Origin: a bacterium
GTDB lineage: Bacteria; Patescibacteriota; Minisyncoccia; UBA6257; Colwellbacteraceae
Assembly (NCBI GenBank): GCA_029548485.1
Contig: JAKPNH010000006.1
Span: 13,937-77,936 of the forward strand
Length of the DNA: 64,000 nt
Direction of reading: 5' to 3'
The notes below the pieces were generated by a model. It worked only from the letters and a program-made list of their open reading frames with translations, did no database searches and was not told the origin of the DNA. Each line of letters opens with the position of its first letter. The first letter of the stretch is position 1. The translations under genes and the position numbers were made by a program. Shown here piece after piece: positions 35,438-45,395 of this stretch.

Positions 35438-36748
35438 ATGAAATCTTTTTTGAGAAAACTCACGCCGCAGCCGATACTCAAGGCTTATCATTATTCGATG
35501 GCCAAACTCGGCGCTTTGGTTTACGGATTTCCGTCGAGGAAAATGCTCATTATCGGCATCACCGGCACCAAGGGAAAAACTTCGACCGCCAATTTCATCT
35601 GGAGCCTCCTCAATTTTTCAGGCTGGAAGACCGGAATCGTCAGCACGGCCAATATCAGGATCGGAGACGAGGAATATCCGAACGCCTACCATATGACCAT
35701 GCCGGGAAGATTCGAGATCCAGAAGTGGCTGAAAAAAATGCTCGACGCCGGCTGCCGGGCGGCGATTGTCGAGACCACCTCCGAAGGGATCAACCAGTAT
35801 CGGCACAAGGGCATCGAATACGATTTTCTGGTTTTCACCAATTTGACTCCGGAACATTTGCCTTCGCACGGCGGCAGCTTCGAAAAATACAAGGAAACCA
35901 AGGGCAGAATTTTCGCCGATCTTGAGAAAACCAGGAGAAAAACCCTCCAGGGCAGAGCCATTAAAAAAATCTTTGTCGTCAATGGCGACAGCGAACACAA
36001 AGATTATTTTTTGGGTTTTAAGGCGGACAAAAAAATCACTTTCGGAATCAGGGAAAAAGCGGATTACCGGGCGGAAAACATCAAGACTTTGAACGAAGAA
36101 ACGAGCTTCGATCTCGGATCCGATCATTACGCCGTTTCCATCCCGGGAAATTTCAACGTCTATAACGCCTTGCCCGGAATTATTATCGCCAAAGGACTCG
36201 GCATTCCGGCCGCGGACATAGCCGCCGGATTGAAACGGCTGAAAACCATTCCCGGCCGGATGGAAAAGATCGACGAAGGCCAGGATTTCGCGGTTTTCGT
36301 CGATTACGCCCATGAGAAAGAAAGCCTGACCGCGGTTTTGGAAACGGCCGAATCCATGTCCCCGAACCGCATCATTATTCTCCTCGGAGCCGAAGGCGGG
36401 GGCCGGGACAAATCCAAACGGCCGGTGATGGGAAAGTTGGCCGGAGAAAAAGCGGATTATGTGATCATCTCGAACGTCGACCCTTACGAGGACGAGCCCG
36501 GACCGATCATCGAAGATATCGCCAAGGCGGCCGAAGAAGCGGGTAAGACCAAAGATAAGAATCTTTTCCTGATCGAAGACCGCCGGACGGGCATCCGGAA
36601 GGCGCTTTCTCTTGCGGAAAAAGGAGATGTGGTTTTGATCACCGGCAAAGGAGCGGAACAGTCGATCATCATCGGCGGCAAAAAACGCTCCTGGGACGAC
36701 AGAAAGGTCGTCAGAGAAGAATTGAAAAAGATTTTAAATAAAAATTAA
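35438..36748 (+). CDS. Mur ligase family protein (MurE-like; it lacks the N-terminal UDP-MurNAc-binding domain)
   Basis: 'IIGITGTKGKTST', 'DYAHEKESL' and 'GAEGGGRDKSKRP'. Confidence 0.75.
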   Translation: MKSFLRKLTPQPILKAYHYSMAKLGALVYGFPSRKMLIIGITGTKGKTSTANFIWSLLNFSGWKTGIVSTANIRIGDEEYPNAYHMTMPGRFEIQKWLKKMLDAGCRAAIVETTSEGINQYRHKGIEYDFLVFTNLTPEHLPSHGGSFEKYKETKGRIFADLEKTRRKTLQGRAIKKIFVVNGDSEHKDYFLGFKADKKITFGIREKADYRAENIKTLNEETSFDLGSDHYAVSIPGNFNVYNALPGIIIAKGLGIPAADIAAGLKRLKTIPGRMEKIDEGQDFAVFVDYAHEKESLTAVLETAESMSPNRIIILLGAEGGGRDKSKRPVMGKLAGEKADYVIISNVDPYEDEPGPIIEDIAKAAEEAGKTKDKNLFLIEDRRTGIRKALSLAEKGDVVLITGKGAEQSIIIGGKKRSWDDRKVVREELKKILNKN

Positions 36749-36750
36749 AC

Positions 36751-37857
36751 ATGAATAAAATCAAAAAAATATTGTTCGTTATTCTGCTCATAGGAATTTT
36801 TTGGTGGATTCTTTACGACTGGAGCGATTGGAAAATAGAAATGAACCAGGAACAGGTTTTGTCGGACGAGAAAAATTATTCGGAACCGATCGGCGGAGAG
36901 ACAGCAAGTCCGGCTATCGACCCTCGGACCCTTGTCTGGAAAAAAGCTTCTTCAAACGCTCCCTGGGCGCCGAGGGATTCGCAGGGAGGGATCGTCTTTG
37001 ACGGGAAAATGTGGATCTTCGGAGGGCTTCGCGGATTTCCCGAAGCCGAAAACAATTACGGCGTGGCGTCGCACTTCAACGACATCTGGAGTTCGGAAGA
37101 CGGCGTAAACTGGACTCTCGAAAAAGAACACGCCGCCTGGTCTCCGCGAAGATCGATGTCCGTCGAATATTTCAAAGGCAAGCTTTGGATGTTCGGCGGT
37201 TGGAGCACGACCACCGGATACCGCACCGGCGTCTGGGTCTCGGATGACGCCATCAATTGGAAACAGGTTCTGAAAGACGCGCCTTGGGGCGGACGCGAAG
37301 GCCAGACCTCGGCCGTGTTCCAGGGGAAGCTCTGGATGTTCGGCGGATTGAGTTTCGGCGCCAGGCTCGGGGACCAGAATCTCAAAAACGACGTGTGGAA
37401 TTCCGAAGACGGCATCCATTGGAACCTGGTGAACGAGAATGCCGGATGGGCTCCGCGCTACGATCAGGGCGCAACGGTCTTCCAAGACAAGCTCTGGGTG
37501 GCCGGAGGCGTGAGCCACGGCGAGGCCATGAACGATGTCTGGAGTTCGAGCGACGGAATAAACTGGGTTTTGGAAAACGGGAACGCTCCCTGGGAGAAAA
37601 GGCACGGCGTGCCTTTGGTGAATTACAAGAATCGCTTGTGGATTGTAAGCGGCTGGGGAAGCGTGAACGATAAGGGAACGCAAGACGCCTGGTACTCGGA
37701 AAACGGGAAAGATTGGCAAAAAGCCGGAGATTTGGAATGGCCCGGCCGGGAAGACCACGAGGTGATGGTTTTCCAAGACAAGCTTTGGGTGATGGCGGGC
37801 ATGGGGCCTTTCTGGGTTTGGAACAGCGATGTCTGGTATTCGGACTTCGGAAGATAG
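36751..37857 (+). CDS. Secreted beta-propeller repeat protein (Asp-box-like 'SxDGxxW' / 'KLWxFGG' repeats)
   Basis: A signal-anchor followed by six to seven ~47-aa repeats. Confidence 0.65.
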   Translation: MNKIKKILFVILLIGIFWWILYDWSDWKIEMNQEQVLSDEKNYSEPIGGETASPAIDPRTLVWKKASSNAPWAPRDSQGGIVFDGKMWIFGGLRGFPEAENNYGVASHFNDIWSSEDGVNWTLEKEHAAWSPRRSMSVEYFKGKLWMFGGWSTTTGYRTGVWVSDDAINWKQVLKDAPWGGREGQTSAVFQGKLWMFGGLSFGARLGDQNLKNDVWNSEDGIHWNLVNENAGWAPRYDQGATVFQDKLWVAGGVSHGEAMNDVWSSSDGINWVLENGNAPWEKRHGVPLVNYKNRLWIVSGWGSVNDKGTQDAWYSENGKDWQKAGDLEWPGREDHEVMVFQDKLWVMAGMGPFWVWNSDVWYSDFGR

Positions 37858-37877
37858 CATTCGGCTATAATGAATGT

Positions 37878-38420
37878 ATGCCCCGGATAGAATGCGAGAT
37901 ACGCAGTTTTATCGACAAACCGAAATACGAAGAGCTGATCCAAAGGCTTAAAAAAGAAGCGGAGTTTTTGGGCGAGCGGGACGAGGTCACTTATTACCTC
38001 GACGTGCCGCAAGACTTGCGGATCCAGCGGAACGACGATTACGCCAAGATTTGGCTTAAAAAGGGTAAGCTTCACGACGAGGCGAGAGAGGAAATCGAGA
38101 TCCGTTTTTTCAAAGACGATTTCGGGAAAATGGAGAATATGTTGTCCGTCATCGGCATCAATCCGGAAATAAAATGGTTCCGCAAACGGAACGAGTTCTC
38201 ATGGAAGGGAATCCGCGTTTTCGTCGATCATACCAAAGGATACGGATACATTTTGGAATTCGAGCGGATCGTCTCTCCCGAAAAGCAGGAAGCCGCGATT
38301 TCGGATTTGAGAAACAAAATGGCCGAACTCGGCGTGGAAGAGACGCCGAAAGAGGTTTTCGACAAGGCGTTCCGGGATTACAAGGAGTCCTGGCCTTCGC
38401 TTGTGGAGAAAGAACAATAG
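37878..38420 (+). CDS. CYTH-domain (triphosphate tunnel metalloenzyme) protein
   Basis: N-terminus 'IECEIRSF' (ExExK-like), 181 aa. Confidence 0.6.
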   Translation: MPRIECEIRSFIDKPKYEELIQRLKKEAEFLGERDEVTYYLDVPQDLRIQRNDDYAKIWLKKGKLHDEAREEIEIRFFKDDFGKMENMLSVIGINPEIKWFRKRNEFSWKGIRVFVDHTKGYGYILEFERIVSPEKQEAAISDLRNKMAELGVEETPKEVFDKAFRDYKESWPSLVEKEQ

Positions 38421-38497
38421 TCCGGACGGACGTTCTTTGATATACTGAATGAGTACACAGCAAAGGTCGATTCACTTTAAATTAAAGACAAATATAA

Positions 38498-39184
38498 ATG
38501 ACTGTTTTAAATTGGTTGGAGCCATTCGGATGGGCGATCCAGAGATTCTGGTATGAATATCTGTCGCAGCCGTTTATGACTTTGCTCGGTGCGGCGGTCC
38601 TGTTCATCATCGGACTTTTCATCGCGCGCCTTATCGAAAGGTTGGTCGCCCAGGCGGTCAGAGCCTTGAGAATAGATTCGCTTTTGAAGAAAGCCGGAAT
38701 CGAGCCGTATCTCGATCGGGCGAACATCAAACTCGACAGCGGAAAGTTCTTCGGAAAGCTCATCTATTGGTTCATCGTCGGCGCTTTGCTTTTGGTGATC
38801 GCCGACAAGTTCGGCCTTCCGGTGGTGTCGCAATTCATCAGCACCATTTTGAGCCAGGCGACCAGTTTCGTCGGCGCCATCGTCATATTGGTGCTCGCGG
38901 TCATCGTGGCGAATTTCGTCCGGAGCGTCATCCGGGCGGCGGCCATGGGCGCGAAAATGCAGTCGGCGAAACTCATCAGCGTTTTGAGCTGGTGGATCAT
39001 CGTCTACTTCGGCTTGGAGAACGCCTTGAGCAAATTGGGCATCGATATCAGCTTGCTCAAGAATCTGATCTACATTCTCGGAGTGGGACTGAGCTTCGCG
39101 GTCGCCATCGCTTTCGGCATGGCCGGCAAGGATTACGCCAATTCTTTGATCGAGAAATGGCGGGATCAGGTGGACAGGGATTAA
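38498..39184 (+). CDS. Integral membrane protein with an internally duplicated TM module (MscS-associated 'conserved TM helix' type)
   Basis: Two similar halves, 'LIYWFIVGALLLVIADKFGLP' and 'WWIIVYFGLENALSKLGIDI'. Confidence 0.5.
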   Translation: MTVLNWLEPFGWAIQRFWYEYLSQPFMTLLGAAVLFIIGLFIARLIERLVAQAVRALRIDSLLKKAGIEPYLDRANIKLDSGKFFGKLIYWFIVGALLLVIADKFGLPVVSQFISTILSQATSFVGAIVILVLAVIVANFVRSVIRAAAMGAKMQSAKLISVLSWWIIVYFGLENALSKLGIDISLLKNLIYILGVGLSFAVAIAFGMAGKDYANSLIEKWRDQVDRD

Positions 39185-39214
39185 TCCCCGAAAAAGCTTG
39201 ATTTTGAAGGAAAA

Positions 39215-39245
39215 CAGCCCCGCAAGCGCGGGGCTGTTCCTGTTC
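39215..39245 (+). terminator. Intrinsic terminator
   Basis: cagccccgc-aagc-gcggggctg followed by TTCCTGTT. Confidence 0.6.
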
Positions 39246-40061
39246 TCGGCGGGCCAGGCCGGGGGTTGACACGGCCAAAGGCCTGCCTGTATAATTCCTC
39301 TCAGATGATGATGCGAAAGATTCACATAAAACGCGGCTCATGAAGTCTTAGTTTTGGTGACTGAATGAACCGCGAAAGCGGTTTTTTTGTTGAGACGACC
39401 GGTATTTCAAAAAATGAATATAATTTGCGCCGACAAACACGGCGCAAAGCAGGAGTCCGCAAGTTCAAACTGGCGGACTTAATTGGCATTTAAATGACCG
39501 GTTTATTTTTTTAAGGGCGCATGGAGGATGCCTTGACACAAAGTGACGATGAAGGACGCGGCGTAGCGGCGATACGCCTCGGGGAGGCGCGTAGCAGCCT
39601 TCGATCCGGGGATTTCCGAATGGGGAAACCCAATCCCGCAATCCGGGATTGATTCCGCACGTAAGTTGCGGAATAGTCGACCCGCTGAAGTGAAACATCT
39701 TAGTAAGCGGAGGAATAAAGAACAATTGTTATTCCCTTAGTAGCGGCGAGTGAAAAGGGAAGAGCCCAAACTTGTTTGAAGTTTACGGCGCAAGCCGGAA
39801 ACGGAAAGCGAGGGTAGTAAGATAGAGACATTCTATTTATGAAGCCGCTCGATGAGAAATCGGAGAGCGACTTTATAAATAGAGGAAAGTTACAAAATGG
39901 TTCGTTAGCCGAATGGACTGGAAAGTCCGGCCAAAGGGAGTGAAAGCCTCGTAGGCGAAAACGAATCATCTTTCTTGTTTTTAATCTTGAGTACTTCGAT
40001 GACAGGAAGCTTCGAAGGAATCATCCCGAACTATCGGGAAAGGCTAAATACACTTTGTGAT

Positions 40062-40098
<37 letters not shown>

Positions 40099-42075
40099 CA
40101 GCCCGGTGAGGGCGGTGAAATAGAACTGAAACCATGTGCTTACAAGGACTCGGAGCCCCGCTTCGGCGGGGTGACGTGGTGCCTATTGAAGAATGAGCCA
40201 ACGACTTTATATTGACTGCTCGGTTAATCCCGCTTTGCGGGAGCAGCCACAGGGAAACCTAGTGTTAAAAGCGCGAACGTCCGCAAGGACAAGGTAGTCA
40301 ATATAAGACCCGAAGCCAAGCGAGCTTACCTTGGTCAGGATGAACTTCCGCGAAAGCGGGAGGGAGGTCCGCACCAGTTGATTGTGCAAAATCTTTGGAT
40401 GAACTGAGGTAAGTAGTGAAAAGCTAATCGAGCTTGGTAATAGCTGGTTCTCTCCGAAATAGTTTTAGGACTAGCGCCAAGAACCGCTTTAGCGGGGGTA
40501 GAGCTACTGGTTTGGTGGTAAAGGGCGAAAGCTCGGCCACCGAGTCAAACTCCGAATACCGCTTTAGAAAAACTTGGTAGTCAGACTGCGGAGGCTAAGC
40601 CCCGTGGTCGAAAGGGAAACAGCCCTGACCGTCATCTAAGGTCCCCAAATTCTTGCTAAGTGTTAAAGGCAGTGCCATGCCATCGACAGATAGGAGGTTG
40701 GCTCAGAGGTAGCCATCCTTTAAAGAGTGTGTAACAACTCACTATTCGAATCCCGCTTTGCGGGAGTGGCGTGACGCGCCGAAAATGTACCGGGGCTAAG
40801 CAAGATACCGAAGATACGGATGTTTCGCGCAAGCGAAGCATGGTAGGAGAGCATTTGGAGCGCGCCGAAGGTCGACCCGCGAGAGCGACTGGAGTGCTCT
40901 GAAGAGAGAATGTTGGCATGAGTAACCCACTTAACCGGTGGGAAACCGGTTCCCCGAAAATCCTAGGTTTCCGTGGCAATGGCAATCATCCACGGGTTAG
41001 GCGGCCCTAAGGCAATGGCGAAAGCCGCAGCCGATGGACTGTTGGTTAATATTCCAACCCTTCCATTTCTTTCGACGGGAGGACGAAGCGCAGTAGGCCA
41101 GGCATCTCAATGGTTTGGTGTCCGTGGTCTAAGGATGGCATTCTGGCAAATCCAGGTGCCTGTCTTTGATGGCGAATCCAAGGACAGCGGCGAATCAAAG
41201 CATTTACTTTGGTGAGTTGGTTGAGCGCGTTTCCGCGAAAAATCTCTAAGGTTAAAGGAATGGAATCCGTACCGGAAACCGACACAGGTGGATAGGGCGA
41301 GTAGCCCAAGGGGTACGAGTGATTTCTCTTTAAGGAACTCGGCAAACAAGCGACCGTAAGTTAGCGATATGGTCTTCCCGCCGCAAGGCGGGACGCAGCG
41401 AAAGTCTCTCTGGCGACTGTTTACTAAAAACACAGCTTCCTGCGAACTCGTAAGAGGATGTATAGGAGGTGACGCCTGACCGATGCGAGAAGGTTAACGG
41501 CGGGGGTGAATTCGGAGCAATCCGGATTTGCTCGCTGCCCGAAGCCCTCGTCAATGTCCGCGGTAACTATAACCGTGTTAAAGTAGCGCAATTCCTTTTC
41601 AGGTAAGTTCTGAAGCGCATGAATGGCGTAACGATCAGAGAACTGTCTCAAAGAGAAGCTCGGTGAAAATGCGATTCCCGTGAAGACGCGGGATACCTGC
41701 AGCTAGACAAGAAGACCCCGGGAGCTTTACTGCAACTTGGTATTGGCTTTAGGGTTTGGATGCGTAGCGTAGTGGTGAGGCTTTGAAGTCTTGTTTTCGG
41801 ATGAGACGGAGCCGACGATGAAACAGCCATCTTTCAAACTTTAAACTCTAACCTTAAGGGCAAAAACCTTAGGGAACAGTGCCTGGCGGGCAGTTTTTCT
41901 GGGGCGGAATCCTCCCAAAGAGTAACGGAGGAGTTTATTAAGGTCAGCTTGGCTCGGATGGAAATCGAGCCTGAAGTGTAAAGGCATAAGCTGGCTTAAC
42001 TGCGAGACCCACAAGTCGAGCAGATGCGAAAGCAGAACTTAGTGACCCGACGAATCTTTATAGAAAGGTCGGAGA

Positions 42076-42109
<34 letters not shown>

Positions 42110-42245
42110 GGTGTTGTCCGAGAGTCCCTATCGACGACAACGCTCGGCACCTCGATGTCGGCCCACCCTAGCGCGGGGCTGGAGAAGGTCCCAAGCGTGT
42201 GGCTGTTCGCCACTTAAAAGGGTACGCGAGCTGGGTTTAAACCGT

Positions 42246-42502
42246 CAGTTTGGCGGCTTTCCCGAGCAATCGGGATTGAAAAAGCTTACTCATATCGGTG
42301 AAGTCCTAAACTTATAATTGCGATATAACCTGTCAATATTTAGGATAATACCGAGGGAAGTTTGCTTTATTGAAATAAAGCATAACCCCGTAGAGACTTG
42401 TTCCTGAGGGAACGGATGGAAGAAATCTTCCATAAGACGTAGGCCTCCATTGAAAAATGGATGATGGTATAGTCCACACATTTGGTAACAGATGATTCAA
42501 TG
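42246..42502 (+). other. Intervening sequence in 23S at the L2593 site (a classic group I intron site). 257 nt, no ORF.
   Basis: By alignment to E. coli, the 5' exon ends at U2593 and the element ends in G. It has GNRA hairpins (CCCGA-GCAA-UCGGG; CUUUAUU-GAAA-AAUAAAG). Confidence 0.6.
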
Positions 42503-42565
42503 CGTGAGACAGGTTGGTTTTTATCTGCTGCAGGCGTGAAGTGTTTGAGGGAAGTCGACCCTAGT

Positions 42566-42969
42566 GGGCGCGAAAGCGCCTTGCTACTTTGCGGAGTAAT
42601 CCGTAATGACAATGTGGCTTATAACGGTGAAGCCTTCCTTGTTTCTGAAACCAAAATGGATTGTTCCAAAGCATCGGTCCGCTTCGGAACATGTTAATTG
42701 CTTGAGGACCAGAAATAAAAAGGTAATACCGTGGGAAGTCGACCCAAAAACATTGATTTAGCTCATATCGCCGGATTTTTGATGGCGATGGCGTTTTATC
42801 AATTATTGGGTTTGACCCCGTAACGACTTGATCGAAGAGATCGGACTTATATGGATCCAAAGCCTTAAAGGCGGGTCTACATAGGTAATATGCCGCCACC
42901 CCACTATTTCTTTATAGGAATAAGGGTGAAGATATAGTCTACGCTCCTAGAAATAGGGGAATGTACGTG
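42566..42969 (+). other. Intervening sequence inside the sarcin-ricin loop (after U2656). 404 nt, no credible ORF.
   Basis: The exon 'GACCCUAGU' | 'ACGAGAGGACCGGGUU' is split. The element ends in G and has GNRA hairpins (GGCGC-GAAA-GCGCC; CUCCUA-GAAA-UAGGGG). Confidence 0.55.
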
Positions 42970-43048
42970 ACGAGAGGACCGGGTTGAACGAACCTCTGGT
43001 CTATCGGCTTTGCCACCAGGCGAATCGCCGAGTAGCTATGTTCGGAAG

Positions 43049-43081
<33 letters not shown>

Positions 43082-43259
43082 CATCCCAAGATTAGACACT
43101 AGACCCCCGGAAGACTACCGGGTTGATAGGCTCAAGGTGTAAGACAGGCAACTGTTTCAGCCGAAGAGTACTAATAGGTCGTTTATAGACCGGTCATTTA
43201 AGCGCCAATTATATTTAATTCATACTATTGAAATTAGGAACGAAAACGATTAGTATTAT

Positions 43260-43374
43260 CCTGCTCGGTGATTAATCGCATGGTGCACCACCCGATCCCA
43301 TTCCGAACTCGGAAGTGAAAGCCGTGCGGGTCGATGATAGTCCTTTGGGCGAAAGTAGATTTTGCCGGGCATTT
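43260..43374 (+). rRNA. rrf: 5S rRNA
   Basis: 'CCCATTCCGAACTCGGAAGTGAAA'. Helix I is GCUCGGU/GCCGGGC. Confidence 0.85.
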
Positions 43375-43377
43375 GTC

Positions 43378-43416
43378 AAAAGGCCTCCGCCAAACCGGGG
43401 GCCTTTTGTTTCTCTT
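43378..43416 (+). terminator. Intrinsic terminator of the rRNA operon
   Basis: AAAAGGCCTCC-N8-GGGGGCCTTTT followed by a T-rich tract. Confidence 0.7.
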
Positions 43417-43442
43417 TCCGCTTTTGATTAATATTTACCTAA

Positions 43443-43538
43443 ATGCAAAGATTGACCAAACAAATCGTCTACGGGTTGTTTTTCCTGGCCTTGATCGGGG
43501 CCCTAGCCGCGGCCCTGCGATTTTTGGCGAGCCGATAA
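43443..43538 (+). CDS. Possible 31-aa single-TM micro-protein abutting rodA
   Basis: 'MQRLTKQIVYGLFFLALIGALAAALRFLASR', ATG to TAA in frame, 6 nt before rodA. Confidence 0.3.
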   Translation: MQRLTKQIVYGLFFLALIGALAAALRFLASR

Positions 43539-43544
43539 CGCACC

Positions 43545-44615
43545 ATGGGATTCCTGAAAAAACTTGATTGGCAGTTGAACCTGAGCGTCGGCCTGCTTTT
43601 GCTTTTTGGTATCTTGACGCTCGCTTCGAGCACCGAAGTCTTGATTTGGCGCCAAACGCTTTGGATTCTGGTCGGCGCGGCCATCATCTTTTCCGTTTCT
43701 TTCATCAACCTCAAGAGGCTGATGAGCTACCGGTGGGTGGTGATCGTCATCTATCTGGTGAGCGTCGGCCTTTTGATTCTCACCTTATTGATCGGCAGCG
43801 AAGCGGGCGGAAACAAAAGCTGGATCAACATCGGAAGTTTCAAATTCCAGGCTTCGGAATTCGCGAAGATCGGACTGATCGTCATCCTTTCGAAGTTTTT
43901 CAGCCGCAGCCACATCGGCATCAAAAGATTCGGCGTGATCTTCACTTCTTTCGTCTATCTCCTGGTGCCGGTTTTCCTGATTCTGCTTCAACCGGATCTG
44001 GGAACGGCCCTTATTTTCGGAAGCATCTGGGCGGGATTCCTTTTGGTCTCCGGGCTGCCGATGAAATACGTAGCCGTGGCTTTGCCGATCCTCCTTTTCT
44101 GCGGGCTGATCATCTGGAATTTCGGGCTCCAGGGCTATCAAAGGAACCGCATCATCGGCCTTTTGAAGCCGGATGCAGATCCGCTGGGAGTGAATTACAA
44201 CGCCATCCAGTCGAAAATCGCCATCGGCTCCGCCGGCTGGTTCGGCAAGGGATTTAGCCAGGGAGCCCAGGTGAGGCTCGGATTCTTGCCGGCGGCGCAG
44301 ACCGACTTTGTCTACGCGGCTTTTACCGAAGAATGGGGTTTTGTCGGCGCCATGGTTCTGGTTATCGTTTTCCTTTGGATGATATGGCGGATCCTCCAGA
44401 TCGGAATGAAAAGCCACGGGAATTTCGACAAATTCATCTGCATCGGAAGCGCTTTGCTTTTCATTTTCCAGTTCGCCATCAACGTCGGCTCCACCCTCGG
44501 TTTTCTGCCGGTCATCGGCGTCGGGCTGCCTTTCGTGAGCTACGGCGGCTCGAGCCTGTTGACCTCGTTTATTTTGATCGGTATCATTCAAAACATTGCC
44601 GCGACCACGATTTAA
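43545..44615 (+). CDS. rodA: SEDS-family peptidoglycan glycosyltransferase (RodA/FtsW)
   Basis: Ten TM helices, 'LDWQLNLSVGLLLLFGILTL' and 'KIAIGSAGWFGKGF'. Confidence 0.85.
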   Translation: MGFLKKLDWQLNLSVGLLLLFGILTLASSTEVLIWRQTLWILVGAAIIFSVSFINLKRLMSYRWVVIVIYLVSVGLLILTLLIGSEAGGNKSWINIGSFKFQASEFAKIGLIVILSKFFSRSHIGIKRFGVIFTSFVYLLVPVFLILLQPDLGTALIFGSIWAGFLLVSGLPMKYVAVALPILLFCGLIIWNFGLQGYQRNRIIGLLKPDADPLGVNYNAIQSKIAIGSAGWFGKGFSQGAQVRLGFLPAAQTDFVYAAFTEEWGFVGAMVLVIVFLWMIWRILQIGMKSHGNFDKFICIGSALLFIFQFAINVGSTLGFLPVIGVGLPFVSYGGSSLLTSFILIGIIQNIAATTI

Positions 44616-45357
44616 AACGATAGCGATTGTATTCGTAGCCTTGGCCGCGATTTTTTATGGACGGCGCTGGCTTTTTCCGAAAACTTGGCCGAAAACCACG
44701 ATCACCATTCCCGAGGGCTACACCGTTGCCCAGATCGACGAGACCTTAACCGTGGCCGGAGTTTTGAACGGCGGCAAGCTCGCCAATCTGAAGCCCGCGG
44801 ATTTCGACTATCCTTTCCTGGAGCAGGCGACCGGAGACAGCCTGGAAGGATTCCTTTTTCCGGACACTTACGAGTTTTTCCTGAATTCGCCTTCGTGGGT
44901 GGTGGCGGGAAAAATGCTCGACAATTTCGCTTCCAAAGCCGCTCCGATTCTCGATCCGGAGACCGCTTACGAAACCGTGATCATCGCCTCGATGATCGAG
45001 AAAGAAGTGCCTGACCAAGGGAAAGACCGCGAGCTTGTTGCCGGCATCCTGGAGAGCCGGCTTCGGATCGGAATGCCCTTGAACGTTGACGCCGCGGTTT
45101 GCTACGCCGAAAGCCCGTTCGGCTGCGCCGGGGTCGAAGATATTGATTTCGAGATTGATTCGCGCTACAATACCTACAAATATCGGGGATTGCCTCCGGG
45201 TCCGATCTCCAACCCGGGGCTGTCGGCAATCGAGGCGGCCCTGAATCCGCAAGACTCCGACTATCTTTATTACCTTTCCCGTCCCGGCACCAAAGAGACA
45301 ATATTTTCGAAGACACTTGACGAACACACCAAAAATATTGTTAAATATCTAAAATAA
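44596..45357 (+). CDS. mltG: Endolytic murein transglycosylase MltG (YceG-like)
   Basis: An N-terminal TM segment, 'LASMIEKE' and 'YNTYKYRGLPPGPISNPG'. Confidence 0.8.
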   Translation: MPRPRFKTIAIVFVALAAIFYGRRWLFPKTWPKTTITIPEGYTVAQIDETLTVAGVLNGGKLANLKPADFDYPFLEQATGDSLEGFLFPDTYEFFLNSPSWVVAGKMLDNFASKAAPILDPETAYETVIIASMIEKEVPDQGKDRELVAGILESRLRIGMPLNVDAAVCYAESPFGCAGVEDIDFEIDSRYNTYKYRGLPPGPISNPGLSAIEAALNPQDSDYLYYLSRPGTKETIFSKTLDEHTKNIVKYLK

Positions 45358-45395
45358 ATCGAGACGAAGCCGATTTTTTAAAGGCGGTTTTTTAT

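Noticed and set aside
39390-39424. Full sigma-70 promoter for the rRNA operon (TTGAGA ... TATAAT)
   Set aside because: The -35 candidate is 23 nt from the -10, which is too far. Only the -10 element is credible.
40656-41830. Several 60-110-aa ORFs within the 23S rRNA gene
   Set aside because: They lie inside a confidently identified rRNA gene. They are spurious.
42561-42899. 112-aa minus-strand ORF inside the second 23S insertion, a possible homing endonuclease
   Set aside because: It has no LAGLIDADG, GIY-YIG or HNH motifs and it is antisense to the rRNA. It is probably spurious.
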